A stretch of DNA of 64,000 bases from Bigelowiella natans CCMP2755. Taxonomy: Eukaryota; Protista; Cercozoa. This document shows positions 13,794 through 27,415 of the stretch, in pieces. The stretch is from positions 1 to 64,000 of the forward strand of contig ADNK01000505.1 in the NCBI GenBank assembly GCA_000320545.1, written 5' to 3'. The notes beneath the pieces were generated by a model. It was given only the letters and a program-made list of their open reading frames with translations. It had not been told where the DNA came from and did no database searches. A program made the translations under genes and the position numbers. Every line of letters starts with the position of its first letter. The first letter of the stretch is position 1.

Positions 13794-13841
<48 letters not shown>

Positions 13842-14787
13842 GAATGGCTGCACTCCTCCTTTCTCTACCCAGCATGATATTTTCATATTCTAAGAAGAGA
13901 ATGGTTACGTACACACTAGTAGTCCAATCATGATATATACTGCTAAAAGAGAGAACAATACTGAATCAACTGCTGATCGATTACAAGGATAATGATGATG
14001 GTGGTTATCATCATCATCATTGATCAAGCAGAGAATAATACCTGCTTGAGATTTATCTCCTCATACTAATTTATAAATGCCATAACTATTTTCGCCGCAG
14101 CAGCAGCAGCGGCAGCAGCATCATCGTAGATTTGACGACCGAGATGAGAGACACCGGCAGCCATCACGAAGAAGAAGAATAAGAAGAAAATCAGATGATA
14201 GAAAAAGGATGGTGATGATGACCAGCAGATCGTCGCGTAGTCGATCTACTCCGAAATATAGACGGCGAGATCAGAAGGATGATGAAATCAGCGATTACAG
14301 TAGAGAAAGAATCAGAGACCGGCGGAGGACGACGACGAAGATGAGGATGGGGAGGAGGAGGAGGAGGAGGAGGGTGAGAGAATACAGTGTTAGTGATGAT
14401 GCTGCAGTAGAGGGTGATCATGATGAGAATAACTCTTCATGGAATAAAAATGCGGTGAAGAAGAGCATCGACTATAATAAATATGATAACAAAGAAAGAA
14501 GGGGGAAAGAGAAAAAAGAGAGGAGGAGGAGGAGGAGGAGCAGAAGCAGCCAAAGGAGGAGGAGGAATGATGATCAAGAAGAACACACCAAGAAGATACC
14601 ACTACATCATCAAAAAGAGATGAAAACAGCGAAGGATGATGATATCAAAGAAGAAAGCAGTGGATTAGACAAATCTCCAAGTAGAATCATCATCTTTCTC
14701 ACATGACAACGATGCAAATATGCAGCAGATAGAGTAGTAGTATATATTTATACATATATATATATATATTCAGGCACACGCAATATA

Positions 14788-14829
<42 letters not shown>

Positions 14830-15824
14830 GACAAGCATGTTATATGTACTTTGATGGAGACATCTTCCTCCTCCTCCTCCTCCTCCTCCTCTTCCTTCTT
14901 GTGGCATATCAACAGCAGCAGCAGCTTATAGAAAAAGTAGTAGTAATGGTACTAATACGAAGACGAGAAGGCATCATCAGTCAGCATCAATGGGGGGGGG
15001 GCACATGACGCCCACCACCACCACCAGTAGCAGCAGCAGTCGTCTCCTTTGTCCACAAAAACAGCATCAACGGAAAGCGACTCAGGTACTCATGATCATC
15101 ATGCTACTACTACTACTACCACCACCACCACCACCATCGTCATCGTCATCATCATAGTAAACAAGATCACGTTGTGGTAATAATGATATACCTCACTCGA
15201 ATATTAACGGGAAGAACACTTCTATTAGAGGAGTAGTTAGGGTAGAAAGTACGTTACAGAGGAGGAGGAGGTGGTGGGATTGTTGTTGCAAACATATAAC
15301 TTGGCAGAACGAATCAAATTATGATGTTTCTAAGTTGATTTTCCTGCATCTGCATCTGCATCATCATCAATCATCATATTATATCAATATCATCAATATG
15401 CGTTTGAAACTATTCAAGCAGCAGGGATTGGATGGCAATGAGGCCCCCGATGTTATTAAAGCTGCTGCTGATACTGATGAGGATGATGATGATGATGATG
15501 GCCTACTGAGTGGTGAGAATCTCGACGAAAATAAGGTAAAGCTAATCACTTCTAAAAGTTTGATTCCATAGATCGTCTTTGTTTGTAATACTACCATACT
15601 TATTATTTGTCAGCACCTGAATAATCAGCATCATCATCATCATCATCATCATCATCATTATCTTCCTCTTTCTTTCTTTCTCAGATGCGACAACTTTCAA
15701 AGAAACTTGGTCTGCCAATGGGATTTAGAACAGGAAGTGAGCAGGTAGTAAGATGATAACCCCTCTTTCTCGTGGTAGCTAGAATTGTAGTAGCGTAGAA
15801 AGATGATGGTCATCACAATTTATG

Positions 15825-15861
<37 letters not shown>

Positions 15862-15959
15862 TCTCGCATATATGCACTCGCAAACAGGGAGAATAGAGGA
15901 GAGAGGGGAGAGAGAAAGAACTTTAAAAATATGCATCTACATTTTAGAGGGCCTACAAT

Positions 15960-16001
<42 letters not shown>

Positions 16002-16947
16002 CATGTATGCGTGTGATTGTTAGTATTTAGTGTTTGATGTTGTTTGAATTAGTGACATCATGTTGATCATTTTGGTTACTATTTGTATTGTAGTCATATT
16101 GTTATTCTTCTTCCTTCACTACTACTACGTCCTCCTCCTCCTCCTTTCCTCCTTATTATTATTATTTATACTTTTTATGGAAGAATGCGGCTACGTACTT
16201 GGACGCATTGACAAAGACTGCTCCTCCGGAGAGACAAGCCCGTCAATATCTTAATAGAAGGGGGCAGGATGAGATGTTACCAGTGGTTGTTGATTGATGA
16301 TTTGCACACTATAGCATTAAACACTACACCATGAATCAAATCATGATCATCTATGGCTGCTGCAGCAAATGATACACTTTTATGTGTCATGAATGAAAAT
16401 GTTGCGGGTATTATGTAATTGCGATTGAAAGGAATCCTATAATAATACCAAAATATAAGCATACGTATGTCCATGATTCAACAAATTCTACTTTGTAGTA
16501 GTAGTAGTAGTAGTACACCTATTCACTCGAAACGACACATAGCACACTTACATACATATCACATCTACCAAATGAATATCAAACCTCCCTCCCCAAGTAG
16601 CTTATTATTTTCATCATCATCATGATCATGATCATCATCATCAAAATCATCGTTATTTTTTATACATCATACACGGTGGCAGGAACGTGCTGGCGAACAA
16701 ACTAAAAGGTAAAAAAAACAACCTAAATCACGGAGAAAACAGAACCGTCTTCTTCCATAGACTTTTGTTCTTTTAATATAGATAACTACTGGTAGTGTAC
16801 ATTACTACTCCTGTTCTTACACCATCACTTGTTTCTCTACCACCATACAATCTTAGATATAAGATTCAGAAAAAGTATCGGCCGACTCCCCTCATCAAAG
16901 GGGCAAAGAACTTCGATTTAAAGCTGAAGAAGATCAAGGGAAGTTAG
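13079..16947 (+). CDS. SNRNP27-like (U4/U6.U5 tri-snRNP 27 kDa, DUF1777-type) RS-rich protein; N-terminal exons uncertain
   Basis: Arg/Ser-rich region at 14209-14700. Then MRQLSKKLGLPMGFRTG (15685) and ERQARQYLNRRG (about 16230), resembling the SNRNP27 C-terminus M..MGF..F...KRKYRQYMNRKG. Final exon probably ends LKKIKGS* at 16947. Confidence 0.55.
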
Positions 16948-17701
16948 TTGATGCGGTGATTATGATAAAGCATTCATTAGCACCAAATTAATGTGGATGA
17001 TGTATCAGAGTACCATGCGCTATTGTGAGAAGGAATGAACAAGAGCCTCGCAGATAGCTAGCACTTGATGTGGTATCATGCATGCATGCACATTTTTGGA
17101 CGCTCGATATAAAATGAGATGACGCAAACTACAGCTAATCCTAATCATCAACTATTAATAGCATGCGTGTGAAATTCCATCAAGCTGGCCTGCAATACTT
17201 GGTGTCAAGCATGAAGTTTTGCAGCTCACAAGCTACGCGACTACTGTTGATTTTGCCAAACGGCTTGACACTCGATCATCAAACACAGCAGAGCTGCTGA
17301 CATATAATAAACCCTAAATATAGACTATGCGCACTAGCTATGCAGTCAGAGCACAATGCGAATAAGCAATGCAATATACGATATACGATACGGCCTGTAT
17401 AGCGAAGCGATGCTATCTGCACGCTCACATTGCCATTGTCGCATGCATTAATGAAAAATACAAACATGCATGGAATGATGCAAGGCGAAGCTGGACAGCT
17501 CCAACGACAGGCATTTCGAAGCATAAAGCAATGCAAAAGGACGGCTAGACGCCATCCTCTAGTCCTGGAGGCATCACAATTATCAAGGCTGAACGTATTG
17601 ACAAAATATAGTGGTCGGTGGTCAAGGCTTAGAATCTGCCAACTGATGATACCACACCTATGCCCTGTCGGTATGCCAGAATTTTCAGCTAGCTGCTTTA
17701 T

Positions 17702-19113
17702 TTAGTGCCACTTTATGTCATCACCATCTAGCTCGACGTCATTCTCATCATAATACATTTTCCTGAAAGGAATGATTGGTTAATTTTGATGCATAAAAAG
17801 TGTGAAACGTTTAATGATTAGCAACCTGCAGTTGGCGGCCATTATGAAGTAAAAAATGGAAACAAACGCTGCAGCGGCAAACACGATCCATCCAAATATG
17901 CCTAATGGATCCAAAACTTGCCGCTTTAGTATAGGGTTTTCATCATCTGGAGGAATCATGATCTTCGTGATAATGTCTACCCCCGCGTCCCACAGCGCAG
18001 AGTCCAACAAAGAGGTAGAATGCTCCCAATCCAGATGCAGTTTTCAAGAGCGCAAACCATTCCAATAGCGATCCAAATCTTGATAATAGTTAGAAGGATT
18101 CGAAAGAACATATTTAGGTAGGATCATCCTTACAAGCAACGTTTGTTCAAGTGCCTGTTGTGACAACCTGAACTCCGCTAAGAGGATAAGCACGCCAAAA
18201 CCGCTAAAGAAAAGATACCGCACGGCATCCCCAGGGTCGCTAGAATCATATCTGTCAATATATGCATACGCACGGTTTCACACTCTTATTCGCACACAAG
18301 TACACATATTAAGTTGTTTTAGTTTGTCGCAGTAAGCATGCATCAATAGGGAATTAAATGTAATAAGGAACTTACGTTGCCAACTCATACCACGAATAAG
18401 CTATGGCCAAGAATCCAAATGCCACCCCAATAAGCCTGGCGTCGTATTTGTAATTCAATATTTTCAATTTTAATTATTTGTCATTGAAACAACAACAACA
18501 ACAACAACAAGAGTAAGTTCTTTAGATGATTCAGTATGGATAGATAGGTGATACCTAACAGCTTTTGGGGTCCGGCACCTTTTCTGTGTGTATATACGAG
18601 AGAAATTAGATTTTCATTCGAGAATGGAGATCTACTCACTACTTAACAACGTTACTATGATGCACACCATTTCCAAATTTAGCGCCTCAATCTTGATGGA
18701 ATCGTTTCTTTTTGGAGGACTACGTTTGGTTGCAGGTTTGTTGTTGCTACCGCTGCTGCTGCCACTTATTGGTTGCTGTTTTGCCTGCAAATATGCAAAT
18801 ACAACAACGTTATTTATCATCAACCAGCGATTGCGTACTGGTGTCGTAATTAAGTAAATAAGTTCCAGATTCTTGTATATTTGGAGGTTATAATTGTTGC
18901 GGTTTAAGTGTCCTTCAGGAACCTCCATAGATATAGCTGTTGTTGATCCAGATGCTTTTGCTGCAGCTGATGACGATGGGTTATTATTCGAAGTTTGCGC
19001 AGTTGTAGCTTTCATATTTCTTGCCGTCCCAAAACTGTCTGCTTTCCTGTATCTATCAGGACCTGGAGTAGAGTCCCTCAAAGGAACCCGTAGGCATGCC
19101 TTTTTGTACCTGA

Positions 19114-19148
<35 letters not shown>

Positions 19149-19997
19149 GTATAATCGTCATTCCCTCCTCGGCGTCTGTCACTTATTGACACAAAGGTAA
19201 ATGACGATTGTTTTAACCATTTCATAATGATAACGTCCTGCAGAATACCGTTTTTTTCGATATAATTAATTTGTTTGCGATGGTCCCACTAATGGTGTGG
19301 GTGGTGGGATGACAATGGTGATCCACTAATGGTTCTTGTGGGTAGCTCTACGCATATATCCTTGCTACTTCAGTCTGTCATAATTTACCTGTCTAGCTCC
19401 GCTCGAAACCACTTCATTTTCGCATAAAAATTTGCCTTTTCTTCACTGTCATTCTGTGCCTGCCCTTGGACTGCCTTAAGACTTCTATGGCATCTTCTGA
19501 AAGTGAGCGTTCCTTCATCTTTTGCCTATATTGAGTAAACTATAATGTCAAACTGCTAATGTTTCTTTGTACAAGATCTACTTTCCATATCCTATCTCTG
19601 AGGGCTTCGCTATCCTCCTGAGTGCCCAGCTTCCCACACCTAAAAAATAGTGTCAAAACGCACAGCTTAGGAGGGCCAATTGTATTACGTCTTCATCCTA
19701 CATGTTCTCCAGGTTGGTAGTGATGTCATTTAATTGATGAATATCCTGATAAAAACAATTATATCTGTGAGGGTCGCAAAGCCTCATGCTGTGGAACTCA
19801 GGACGGTATTCCAGGAAGCTCTTTTCAACCTGGTCCAGAGCGTCCACTTCCTTGCTACTGGCGTTGGATGACGGTTGGGAAGGGGTTGAGAGGGATGACG
19901 GTGTGTCAGCATGCTTTGGTTGGGGAGATGGCACTGGGGGTGTAGATGAAGACGGAAGTGGGGGAGGAGTGGAGGGGATCGGGGGTCGGGTGTTCAT
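17702..19997 (-). CDS. Protein with N-terminal syntaxin-7/SYP2-like Habc region and C-terminal TVP15/COPI-associated-like 4-TM domain, multi-exon
   Basis: Spliced translation: Pro-rich start, DIHQLNDITTNLENMCGKLGTQEDSEALRDRI (LGTxxDSxxLR Habc motif), helical segment, low-complexity linker, then LIGVAFGFLAIAYSW / YLFFSGFGVLILLAEF / WFALLKTASGLGAFYLFVGL / IFGWIVFAAAAFVSIFYFI, ending DGDDIKWH*. All junctions are GT-AG and in phase. Confidence 0.7.
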
Positions 19998-20124
19998 ATT
20001 TGTTTACATGTAGGACATGTAACAACTTAGATCTATCTAGATCTATCTACCGGTAGTAGTAAGATATACGAGTAGCATACTAGTAGAGTCAGTTACTACT
20101 ACGTGTAACTGATAGGTGACTGCG

Positions 20125-20159
<35 letters not shown>

Positions 20160-20198
20160 ATGAGAAATTGATCTGTGTATTTCCTCCTAGATCTACTG

Positions 20199-21151
20199 AT
20201 GAAGACTGCTGGTAGGTACGGTAAGGTAGTCTCAATGATGATAGCTAGAGCAACGTAAGATAACTACCTAATTATCTGATGTCGTAGGTTCGAATCATCC
20301 TCCATTTGTAACTTCACTCTCACTTTCGAATGGGAGGGTAGCCGATTTCGAAACGGTAGTTCTGAAACCCATTGATTCATTCACTGCTGACGTTTGTGAA
20401 AATGGATGGTGTTTTCATGCTGCGACAATGATAAACGGCTGAAGACGATCCGAAAAGCCTAGATTAAAACCAACAATTAGAGCAGCAGTTCTTGCTGATA
20501 GGACATAAATACTCGTAGAGCCCTCAACGCATCATCTGCTTCTCAACCGAAGACAACAGAGTTGTATTGCGCTCATGATATGCGATTTTCGAGTACAATG
20601 TGGAAGATGTAGCTCGATAGAAGAGCGGGAAGCATGCACAATTGTCTGGGTTGTATCCGCAGTCCTTTATTCTTTGTCGGCAGTGACGCTCATTGGAGTC
20701 AACGCGGCTTTCAGCAGGTGTTTCTCGAAGTTCTTCAATCAAATCAACCAGAGATGTATATTTCCAAGAATTGTAAATAATTGCGCAAGCTGATGATTTT
20801 TAGGCAGCCTTTGTTGAAATCGGGCCTATCTTTATGGGCAGTTGCGTCCTCTATAAGAGCTTCGGTAATAACACAACAAAGGTGGATAAGATAACAATGC
20901 AGATTAGTTAGAATAGCGAGGAATGATTTATAGTAGTCTTGAGTCTTAACATGATATATCACAGTATGGAATTGTTCTGGCGACACACATGGATCGATGG
21001 GTTCATCCTATATTTTTGGAACTCTCCTGGCACTCCGTATGCCAACTATGAATCGATATAATTCATGTTATTTTGCATGACCTGTAAAAGATAAATTTAC
21101 ACAAATGTGTATGCATGCATATATGTGTGTATGTTGGCTTGCTTGCTTGCT

Positions 21152-21197
<46 letters not shown>

Positions 21198-23361
21198 CTA
21201 GATAAGTGTACTACTCAGAAAACAGCCTCAAAATTTGATTTGTGTGGGTAAACATCTCTAACCGTCTCTGTTGCTATCTATCAGGTTTGGCTGATAGCTG
21301 CTAATTCTATAACCTATTATGTTTTTATAATTCTCGAAATTTCTCGGAATGGAATGAAAAAGTATCGTTCGGGACGGAGATCGGTATTATTATATACGAA
21401 TGATAAGTGATGCCAAAGCGATATCAAATAGTTTTTAATCGTGCATCATCTTTATTTTACACAAATGATTTTTTGCAACTTTCAGCATTATGTTGTAGTC
21501 TCATAATCAGCAAGCATGATATATGATGTAATGTTATTTTAAACAGGGGGAAAAAATAACTGCCGTAGTAGTTAACAGTACTTGGGTTATCGGGTTCTTC
21601 ATCGTGTCTGTTTTAGGTAATGTATGGTGTGTTGTTGGCACTCCTTATATCAGCAGTAGTAGTAGTAGCAGCAGTAGAAGTGGTAGTACTGCTGCAGGAA
21701 ACAATATTGAGCGATACGATATAATGGTGCTTTCCATCACCTTTAGATGGTTTATCCAAAAATTGGCCCCGACCGGCTACGCAATGGTATTCTAATTATA
21801 TTCTCATTCCACCTCTCACCACAATCGAATATATTTATAATTTAAGGTACATGTGGACAACCTACTCTATGTATGGATTAGTTATGGTAACAACAGCTGC
21901 AAGATCCTTTCTCCGAGTGTAAGTAGAGCTCTCATTCTAGTTGAATACTTTATGACGAATTAATTTAATGACTTATTACTTTGCACAGCCTGGACGATAT
22001 TATGCAATCACCTCATGTAAGGATATTATCATCATTCCAAAATTTTGCAACTTATCATCTTCACTGGGATATATTGCAATAATTTCGACCATTCTTTCTT
22101 TTCTGATGTCCCCCCCCTCATTGAACAAGGGGGTACGATTAGACGACGTCCATTCTCGTAGGGAAAATCAACCCAACGTGCATAATAATAACTTGGAATT
22201 TAAAATAGAAGGTAGGATGGTGAGATTTAGAATTGTTTTCGCCATCAGATTATCCGAACCAGCGTTTTAGTAACGACTTGTTTTTAGTTGAAGAAACTCC
22301 TACGGATACGTTCCAGCAGACTGTGGTACTACAAGCCCGTGAAACAAATGCGCCAAAAAGAACCATCGGTATAACAACAAGAAGAGACAGTTACTGTATG
22401 CACGGCTGTAGTGTATGAATATAGCAGCACAACGGAATTTAAACTTTGGAATATATTCAGAGAATCGATCTCCAATGCTGTCAACGGTATCATCATCCTT
22501 GCCACATTCGTGCAAGGATAATGATACCCCTGCTATTTCTGTTCACGACGACGACGACAAAAGTGAATTTCTTGGCAGAAAAGGTTGCAAAACGTATTCC
22601 TGTCGCCTTACTCTTATGATTCAGTGATGTTTCTAACAATATTATTAACACGATCGTTGGATCTAAAAGAGAAATCAATCGCTACGGATACAAAGTAAGT
22701 GTTTGTTATTTAGGGTTTGACTGAGTGTATTTCCCAAGCTGTTCGTTTCTTTACATCGCAATCAACTCGATATGAAAGCTAGCGTTCAATGTGTGCTATT
22801 ATTCATTAGGTGTGGCTACTTACTACCTACATGCAGCATAAATGCAAATGCAGCAGAAGATGTAGCAAAAAAGAATTATGCGGTTGTGTTAGACCCCAGC
22901 CTAAGCACAAAAAGTAATGATAGCAATATCACTATAATGAAAAATGATGATAATGCAGCAGCAGCAGTAGCAGCAGCAGAGACAAAGACAGGGGCAAAAA
23001 CAGGGAGTACTTTGCCACCACTCCAAGATTATCTATTTACCCAAAATAGCAGCTTCGCTACAAATACTGCAAGTGATGATGATACAACAGCAGCTACATT
23101 AGCACGTATATATGGTATTACGACGCAGCAGCTAAGGAATAGATACATGGACATCATCAATAGCAACAATGTCTTCCACCACAGTTGTTCTCAATGTGCA
23201 ATGAAAACCGCATCAACAGCAGCAGCTACTACTACTACTACTTCTACTTTGATTACGACATCGAGTGCTGCAAACACCCTTTCCAAGCACGACAACTCTA
23301 GTAACGTCAATCATCGAGGTAGTAGCAATCAACGACTGCAACTGCAAAACTACTACTACTA

Positions 23362-23392
<31 letters not shown>

Positions 23393-23475
23393 CACTACTG
23401 TAATGACGGAAGTACCCATACTCCTCCACTATTTCACAAGAGGAAGAAGAAGACCACGTAGTAGTAGTAGTAGTG

Positions 23476-23506
<31 letters not shown>

Positions 23507-24784
23507 CATGGCCATACTAATAGAACTATACTTCAATCTTCAGACGACGCAACGATTTGTCCTCAGCAGCAGCAGCAGCAGCAACAACAACAGCTAAATC
23601 GTTCATATCGAACAGAGGATGCTACGAAGGATAGAAAATATACAAGAAGACGATCATTTGAATTGACGAGTGGGGTATAAATTTAGTGCAATAATAATTT
23701 TTGTGTATTAATAGAAATGCAATGTTAATATTTTTTACTAAGTGATGTCCTAATTACTATTAGGTGGATCAGAGGAGATTCTACGACGCAAGATATCGAT
23801 TAGGTTCACTTCTCCATATTTCTAATGTCTTCAAATCACACCATTAATGTGCCTCTATAATAGACGAGAAATTTACTAAAGCCTCGACGTATCGGTCTAC
23901 TCATGTTGTTTCTAATTTGTTCCGTAAAGGAGCTAAGGTGTAGTGACGATAGTATTTTGTCTCGTACATTACATAATGATAGATAGATGATATCAGTGGT
24001 TGCAGCAAGAGCAAATTAGTTTTATCTCTGCAGCATAGTTTCTGTTTTATTGGAGAACAAATGTTGTATAATTATATTTCAATATGTAGTGCGATCATAA
24101 ATAGCTGAGTAGATTTAAGAGATGACGACGATATGCTACATATATACTTAACAGGGTGAGCTCGAGTATGCTCCGAACAGTAGTGGTGTGCGTGCTACTG
24201 GTACTACTACTACTAATGAGCAATTAGGAGGACAAAGAAGAAGAAGAGGAAGAAGAGGAGCTATATTAGTTGGATCAACCCGAAATTCAACAGCAACGTT
24301 CCACGCAAAGATGACCAGTGCGATGAAGCTATTTGCATATCCACTGGGAATCGGACTTGCAATGGTTGGAATTCTCTCCCTCTTACTTGGAGTTGTTTTC
24401 AGCATGCCAGAGTCTTCTTTCACACACTCGATAGAAGCCCAGATTATAATGTCTTCTTTGTATCTTGTCATTCCTATCATTATTGGAATGACACTAGTTG
24501 TTGGTATGGTTATGGGTCCTGTTGTAAGAAGGAGAACAAGACGCTCTTCTCAATGGAGTTTCTTTTCTTCTAGAGGCAGAAGTTCTTCGTCGTATTCCTC
24601 GCGGCATAGAAATATGATTTCCAGTAATAAGAGAAGATACTCTAGATCTATCTCCAGTAAACGGCATGATGTCAGCCCCCCTCCGCGTTTACCAAGGAGA
24701 CAAACTATATGCAGTACAAGATGCAAGCCATCATCTCGAAATGTTGTTGCCAGCATAAAATCTGCCCACCTCTCGATGCAGTAA
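20199..24784 (+). CDS. Seven-transmembrane GPCR-like protein with very long third intracellular loop; start and loop exons uncertain
   Basis: In-phase GT-AG splicing yields TM1 IVWVVSAVLYSLSAVTLIGV, TM2 LSLWAVASSIRASYGIVLA, TM3 IFLELSWHSVWLIAANSITYYVFII, TM4 ITAVVVNSTWVIGFFIVSVL and TM5 WYMWTTYSMYGLVMVTTAA. A long low-complexity loop (includes ORF 22772-23461) precedes TM6 KLFAYPLGIGLAMVGILSLLLG and TM7 IIMSSLYLVIPIIIGMTLVVGMV, then a basic Ser/Arg tail. Confidence 0.65.
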
Positions 24785-25837
24785 AGCTCTCGAGGCTTCA
24801 ATTGTACTGTAGACAAAGACCATTTAATGGTTTGTCTTAGAATCAAATGCGACATGCGTTTTATTTATCGTTTAGGCCCTTGAATGCAAAACGACATGAC
24901 ACCAAGAGCATGCATGCATACCACATATAGTAGTAAATAATGCGTACAAGATCTCATGGAGCGAAAACTAGTCGATCACACCGCTTTGTGCATCAGCATG
25001 GCATAGCATCACATGTCCAGAAGTGTCACGTACGGTTAGGCAAGCAATGACTACACCTGAATGTAGATTTGAACATCATTACCAGTATCAGGAAGACATT
25101 ATGACTTGAAGGAAATAAGTCATCATAGTTTGCTTAGCAGCAATGCAATTACAAGAGTCCGTGTGCCTAGTAGCAGCTATGAGCTCAACACGATGACTGT
25201 AAATTGAGTGTTTGCCATATGCACACATTGCATGCATGTCTAGTATGAGATCGCAACAGAATTCAAACATCTAGACATGATGGATACACACTGACACGCA
25301 GTACAAGACTGCATGCATGTGCTACATGTTCCATAAACAACACATTGCAAAGGCCGCGTAGTGCAGCACATGCAACGCGACATGTATGACGATAGGACTA
25401 GAGGAATAAGTGCCTCACATCGATCTACCGATGTAGACACAGTGTCACAGCTAGCTGTTGTTACACATATATGGGCTCTCGCAGCTATACGCTAGATACT
25501 CTTGCTGTTGCACACAGCACACGTCTATACGTCGTTCCGATGCCTGCTCGATCATGCATGTATGTGTTTTGCGCTGTGTCGCTGTACGTAGTAGCTATCA
25601 AACAGGTATGGTCGATCGCATGCATGTGTGAATTACGAAGCTCATCGCGCCTTTGCGTACGTGCTATTACGTCGTAATTGTGCAAGGTGTTCTGCGCACA
25701 CTTGTAGCATATGAACAAGATAAATATCCACGTTTGGTCTGTGTAAGCGCACGCACAGATCGATGCTACGGTCGCTCTACTCATGGCAGATGAAGAAAAA
25801 ATTTCTAGCTGTCAAAACTGCACGACGTGTAGTCACA

Positions 25838-25876
<39 letters not shown>

Positions 25877-26178
25877 CATGGCCCCTTTTCGTTCATCGTT
25901 TGCCTTTGTTAAATTAACCACAGTGATGATGAGGTACGCAAAAAATCATTGGAGACACTATCTCGTCGTGGCCCCGCCATACATGCATACTGAGGGGGTA
26001 CATCTTTCATAATTACTGGAGTAGAACAAGGATCGACCCAAAATCAATTCATTTATCAAACTTGCTAGTAAACGTAAATGTATCAGATAATTCTGATGAG
26101 ATGGCTTGGTGTTTTATGTGATGTAGACTGCGATGTCTGTCTCTGGGAATTGGATCATATTGTAAGGTGTAGAAGTCG

Positions 26179-26939
26179 TCAATCCATCGTTGATTTAAAA
26201 ACATGCTTTCGAAACCAATTCAGTTCCATCTGTGATACGCGGTTGTCATTAGTTGATGCCACATTTTTGGGATAAGATGAGATAAACGTTATCTATTGAT
26301 GATACCTTTATGCGAACGAATAAAGCAAATTTCAAACCATCATCGAGATTTTCAACGTACCTGAAAAAGGCAAAGAGTAGTTCGGATTTCGATGATCAAG
26401 TCTAAAATACGACATCTTGTATCGTTGTACAGAATTAACATATCATCGTGCATGTTACACACACAGCATATAACACAATTTTTGTTTTTTCCCATTACTT
26501 TCCAACTGCGTCGTAGTACGTGTTAAGAATTACGCCGTTGTTAAGATTTTTCATGAATGAAACCAAACTGTCCAAGGGGGGGGTAGATTATCTGATCAGT
26601 CTCACATGAGAAGTAACGAGCTAGATACAATGAAATATGTTTTCAAATTACTTATCTCCGTGATGATTTTTCTCGATTTCGTTACACGCACTTTCAGTCA
26701 ATCCTACGAGTATTAATTTGAGACAGCATAGAGTTGTTTATTATCATATCCTTGTCGTCATCTTTTCCCTTCGCATCAGATGGAGAAAAATGCGCACACA
26801 TACGTACTAGTGATACATCATGTTACCGTTGAATTCTTTGCATTCGTTTAAAAAGTCTTTGAGTGGGCGCCTACACCTAAAATCATCCTGATCAACCTGG
26901 TATTGTTTTTGGAAATAAATAATGAAAGAAAGATCATAT

Positions 26940-26975
<36 letters not shown>

Positions 26976-27260
26976 TTTCCTATGAACTGTGCTACTGCTA
27001 TACATACAAAGCCATGCTGCTGTGCAACAAAGGAAGCAACCAACCCACTCACCCTATATCCTCCTTTTCCTCCTCCTTCTCCATCATCATCATGATCATC
27101 CCCTGGAAAATCCCCATAGTTGCCTAAGGTTATTTGCTTCTGAGTGCTGCTGCTATGTACTGTGATCGAAGCACCAGCAATGGCTCTCAATTTCGACATC
27201 ATAACATCTTCTGAATACGAGTCTCTGCCTCTCCTTAGATCTTATCCTCTTTTCCCCAAC

Positions 27261-27298
<38 letters not shown>

Positions 27299-27339
27299 TC
27301 TCTCCCCCTCTCTTGTCCATCTGTCTCTCGCTCTCTTGC

Positions 27340-27415
<76 letters not shown>

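Noticed and set aside
20524-20986. Minus-strand ORFs (20524-20742, 20744-20986) as a separate gene
   Set aside because: They are antisense to plus-strand exons that splice in phase into TM1-TM3 of the 7TM protein, and no coherent minus-strand model was found.
23060-23150. LysM-like motif (DDDTTAATLARIYGITTQQLRNRY)
   Set aside because: Only partial resemblance, spacing is off, and it lies in a predicted cytosolic loop; not supportable without an HMM hit.
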